59,700 bases of DNA. It comes from Salinibacter sp. (GTDB lineage Bacteria; Bacteroidota; Rhodothermia; Rhodothermales; Salinibacteraceae). This document shows, piece after piece, positions 58,580-59,700 of the stretch. Position 1 is the first letter of the stretch; every line of letters starts with the position of its first letter. The stretch is taken from contig JBDGQN010000070.1 in the NCBI GenBank assembly GCA_042219055.1, positions 1-59,700 of the forward strand, written 5' to 3'. The position numbers and the translations under genes were made by a program. Below the pieces are notes generated by a model that was not told where the DNA came from, did no database searches, and was given only the letters and a program-made list of their open reading frames with translations.

Positions 58580-59700
58580 CTATTGGAGATGTCCGGTCTC
58601 GTGGAGCGAGAGGTCGTTCTCCTCTACGGTAACGAGAGCGGGGACCACATCAGTCACCTGATCGGGGGGCTCTGTGTTGTTGTACCCGCTCGTCGACGCA
58701 AATCCCTCCGTGCGGGGCCGAGGAAGAAGAACGGTCACCTTCTCGACTTCCACGACCCAGTGCGTCGCGTCGGACGGCGCGGCCCGAGCGTATTTGTCCT
58801 CATTATGAGTTGCCCAGTGGCTCACGGACACCGACGAGGAGAGCCGGTTTTCCAAAAACCACTCGAACCGGCCGCCCACCGGGCGCAGATCATCTTCTTC
58901 CCGGCACCAGTCTGTAAATGCCGTTCCACAGCGGTCGAGAATTCGACGGTCCCGTTCAGAGATGGACGGCTCGGAATCGCCCTGATGATCGTCCTGCGTC
59001 TCCGAACTCGTTGCAGAGGATTCCTCCAATGTGTCTTCTTCGGTATCAGATGTTCCTTTGCTCTCCGTAGGTTCATCCTCCACCGACGAGCGAACGTCCC
59101 CCGACTCTTCGCCCTGCTGTTCCTCGCCCTGCTCTTCCGACATCGAAGTCGCGGTTCGGAGCCCCTCGGCCGCGATTGGGGTCTGAATCTCAGGGTCTCC
59201 CTCATCGCGATTCGTCTGTTCCGCCTGGTCGGCTGTCGTCGATTCGGTCGTGCTCGTCTCACTCTCCTCAGAGGCTTCACCGCTCTCCTCTTCCTTTCCG
59301 TCCATGTGAGGCGGCGTCCCGGCCTCCTCGCGTCGGGCATCCAGGTACCACCCGAGTCCCCGAACGAGCACATAACCGGCCCCAAATGTAAACAAGATAA
59401 ACAACAGAACATCCCAAAAAATGCCGAGTCGATCGGCCCAGGACAGGCCAACGCCGGGGCCGCCTGCCGATGACGTTTCCGACGACACTTTCGACGACGT
59501 GGACGGCGCTGATGTCTCCTTCTTTTTCGGGGTCGACGCTGTAGCGTCATCTTCCGACCACTTCTTCGCCCGGGCAATCAACTGTTTGGCCTGGTTTTTC
59601 CAAGCGGGGTGACTCTCCACCACACGCACAGCAGTTCTATCTTCAAGCGTGTAGTATCTCGGATAGTCAGTATCACCGTCCAAGGCTCGACTGCAGTACA
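58580..59700 (-). CDS. Single-pass membrane protein with acidic linker and small C-terminal domain (5' end beyond window)
   Basis: Frame open to the right edge; TM IFWDVLLFILFTFGAGYVLV; E/S/T-rich linker; C-terminal WVVEV...LLPRP...VPALVTV; ends 72 bp upstream of the Hsp70-McrB gene. Confidence 0.75.
   Translation of the reverse strand, partial: YCSRALDGDTDYPRYYTLEDRTAVRVVESHPAWKNQAKQLIARAKKWSEDDATASTPKKKETSAPSTSSKVSSETSSAGGPGVGLSWADRLGIFWDVLLFILFTFGAGYVLVRGLGWYLDARREEAGTPPHMDGKEEESGEASEESETSTTESTTADQAEQTNRDEGDPEIQTPIAAEGLRTATSMSEEQGEEQQGEESGDVRSSVEDEPTESKGTSDTEEDTLEESSATSSETQDDHQGDSEPSISERDRRILDRCGTAFTDWCREEDDLRPVGGRFEWFLENRLSSSVSVSHWATHNEDKYARAAPSDATHWVVEVEKVTVLLPRPRTEGFASTSGYNNTEPPDQVTDVVPALVTVEENDLSLHETGHLQ

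Larger units (their letters stand above)
45816..59700. mobile_element. tRNA-targeting integrative element (satellite/IME-like), continues beyond right edge
   Basis: att fragment, arm-type repeats, integrase, convergent xis-like gene, PolA-like enzyme, XRE regulator, defence-like cargo; no structural phage or T4SS genes in view. Confidence 0.8.

Noticed and set aside
45816-59700. Complete prophage or conjugative ICE
   Set aside because: No capsid, terminase, tail, relaxase or T4SS genes are visible in the window; the remainder lies outside, so the class is left open.

Overview
This is a GC-rich window with a strongly acidic proteome, a xanthorhodopsin gene and a T9SS-type C-terminal domain. 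It is most likely from Salinibacter or a close halophilic Rhodothermota relative (inferred from recognised proteins). Positions 1-41 kb are mostly core genome: tamB-like, aroB, tRNA-Pro(GGG), rodZ-like, 7TM-HD phosphodiesterase, pruA, lolE-like, purC, a crtO-like/lycopene cyclase/xanthorhodopsin cluster, miaA, an S8 protease, guaB, rluB-like, scpB and a bacilliredoxin. This core stretch is interrupted by a 297-bp MITE (14525-14821), a decayed dehydrogenase/PTPS cluster, and two tandem tyrosine recombinases that each have a dif-like site upstream. From about 41.1 kb the window looks like a tandem island array at a tRNA attachment site. The older islet carries a small protein/aspartic protease pair, a canonical McrBC and an integrase relic, and is bracketed by homologous 41-bp hairpins. 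The newer integrative element begins at a tRNA 3'-end fragment (45816-45832) and runs off the right edge. It carries an integrase, an excisionase-like gene, a divergent PolA-fold enzyme and an XRE regulator. It also carries an unusual three-gene defence-like cluster: a membrane-anchored acidic protein, an Hsp70-like ATPase with permuted motif order fused to an NxD-type McrB GTPase, and a DUF2357/McrC-like nuclease with a non-canonical active site. All calls come from motif reading by eye; no database searches were run.
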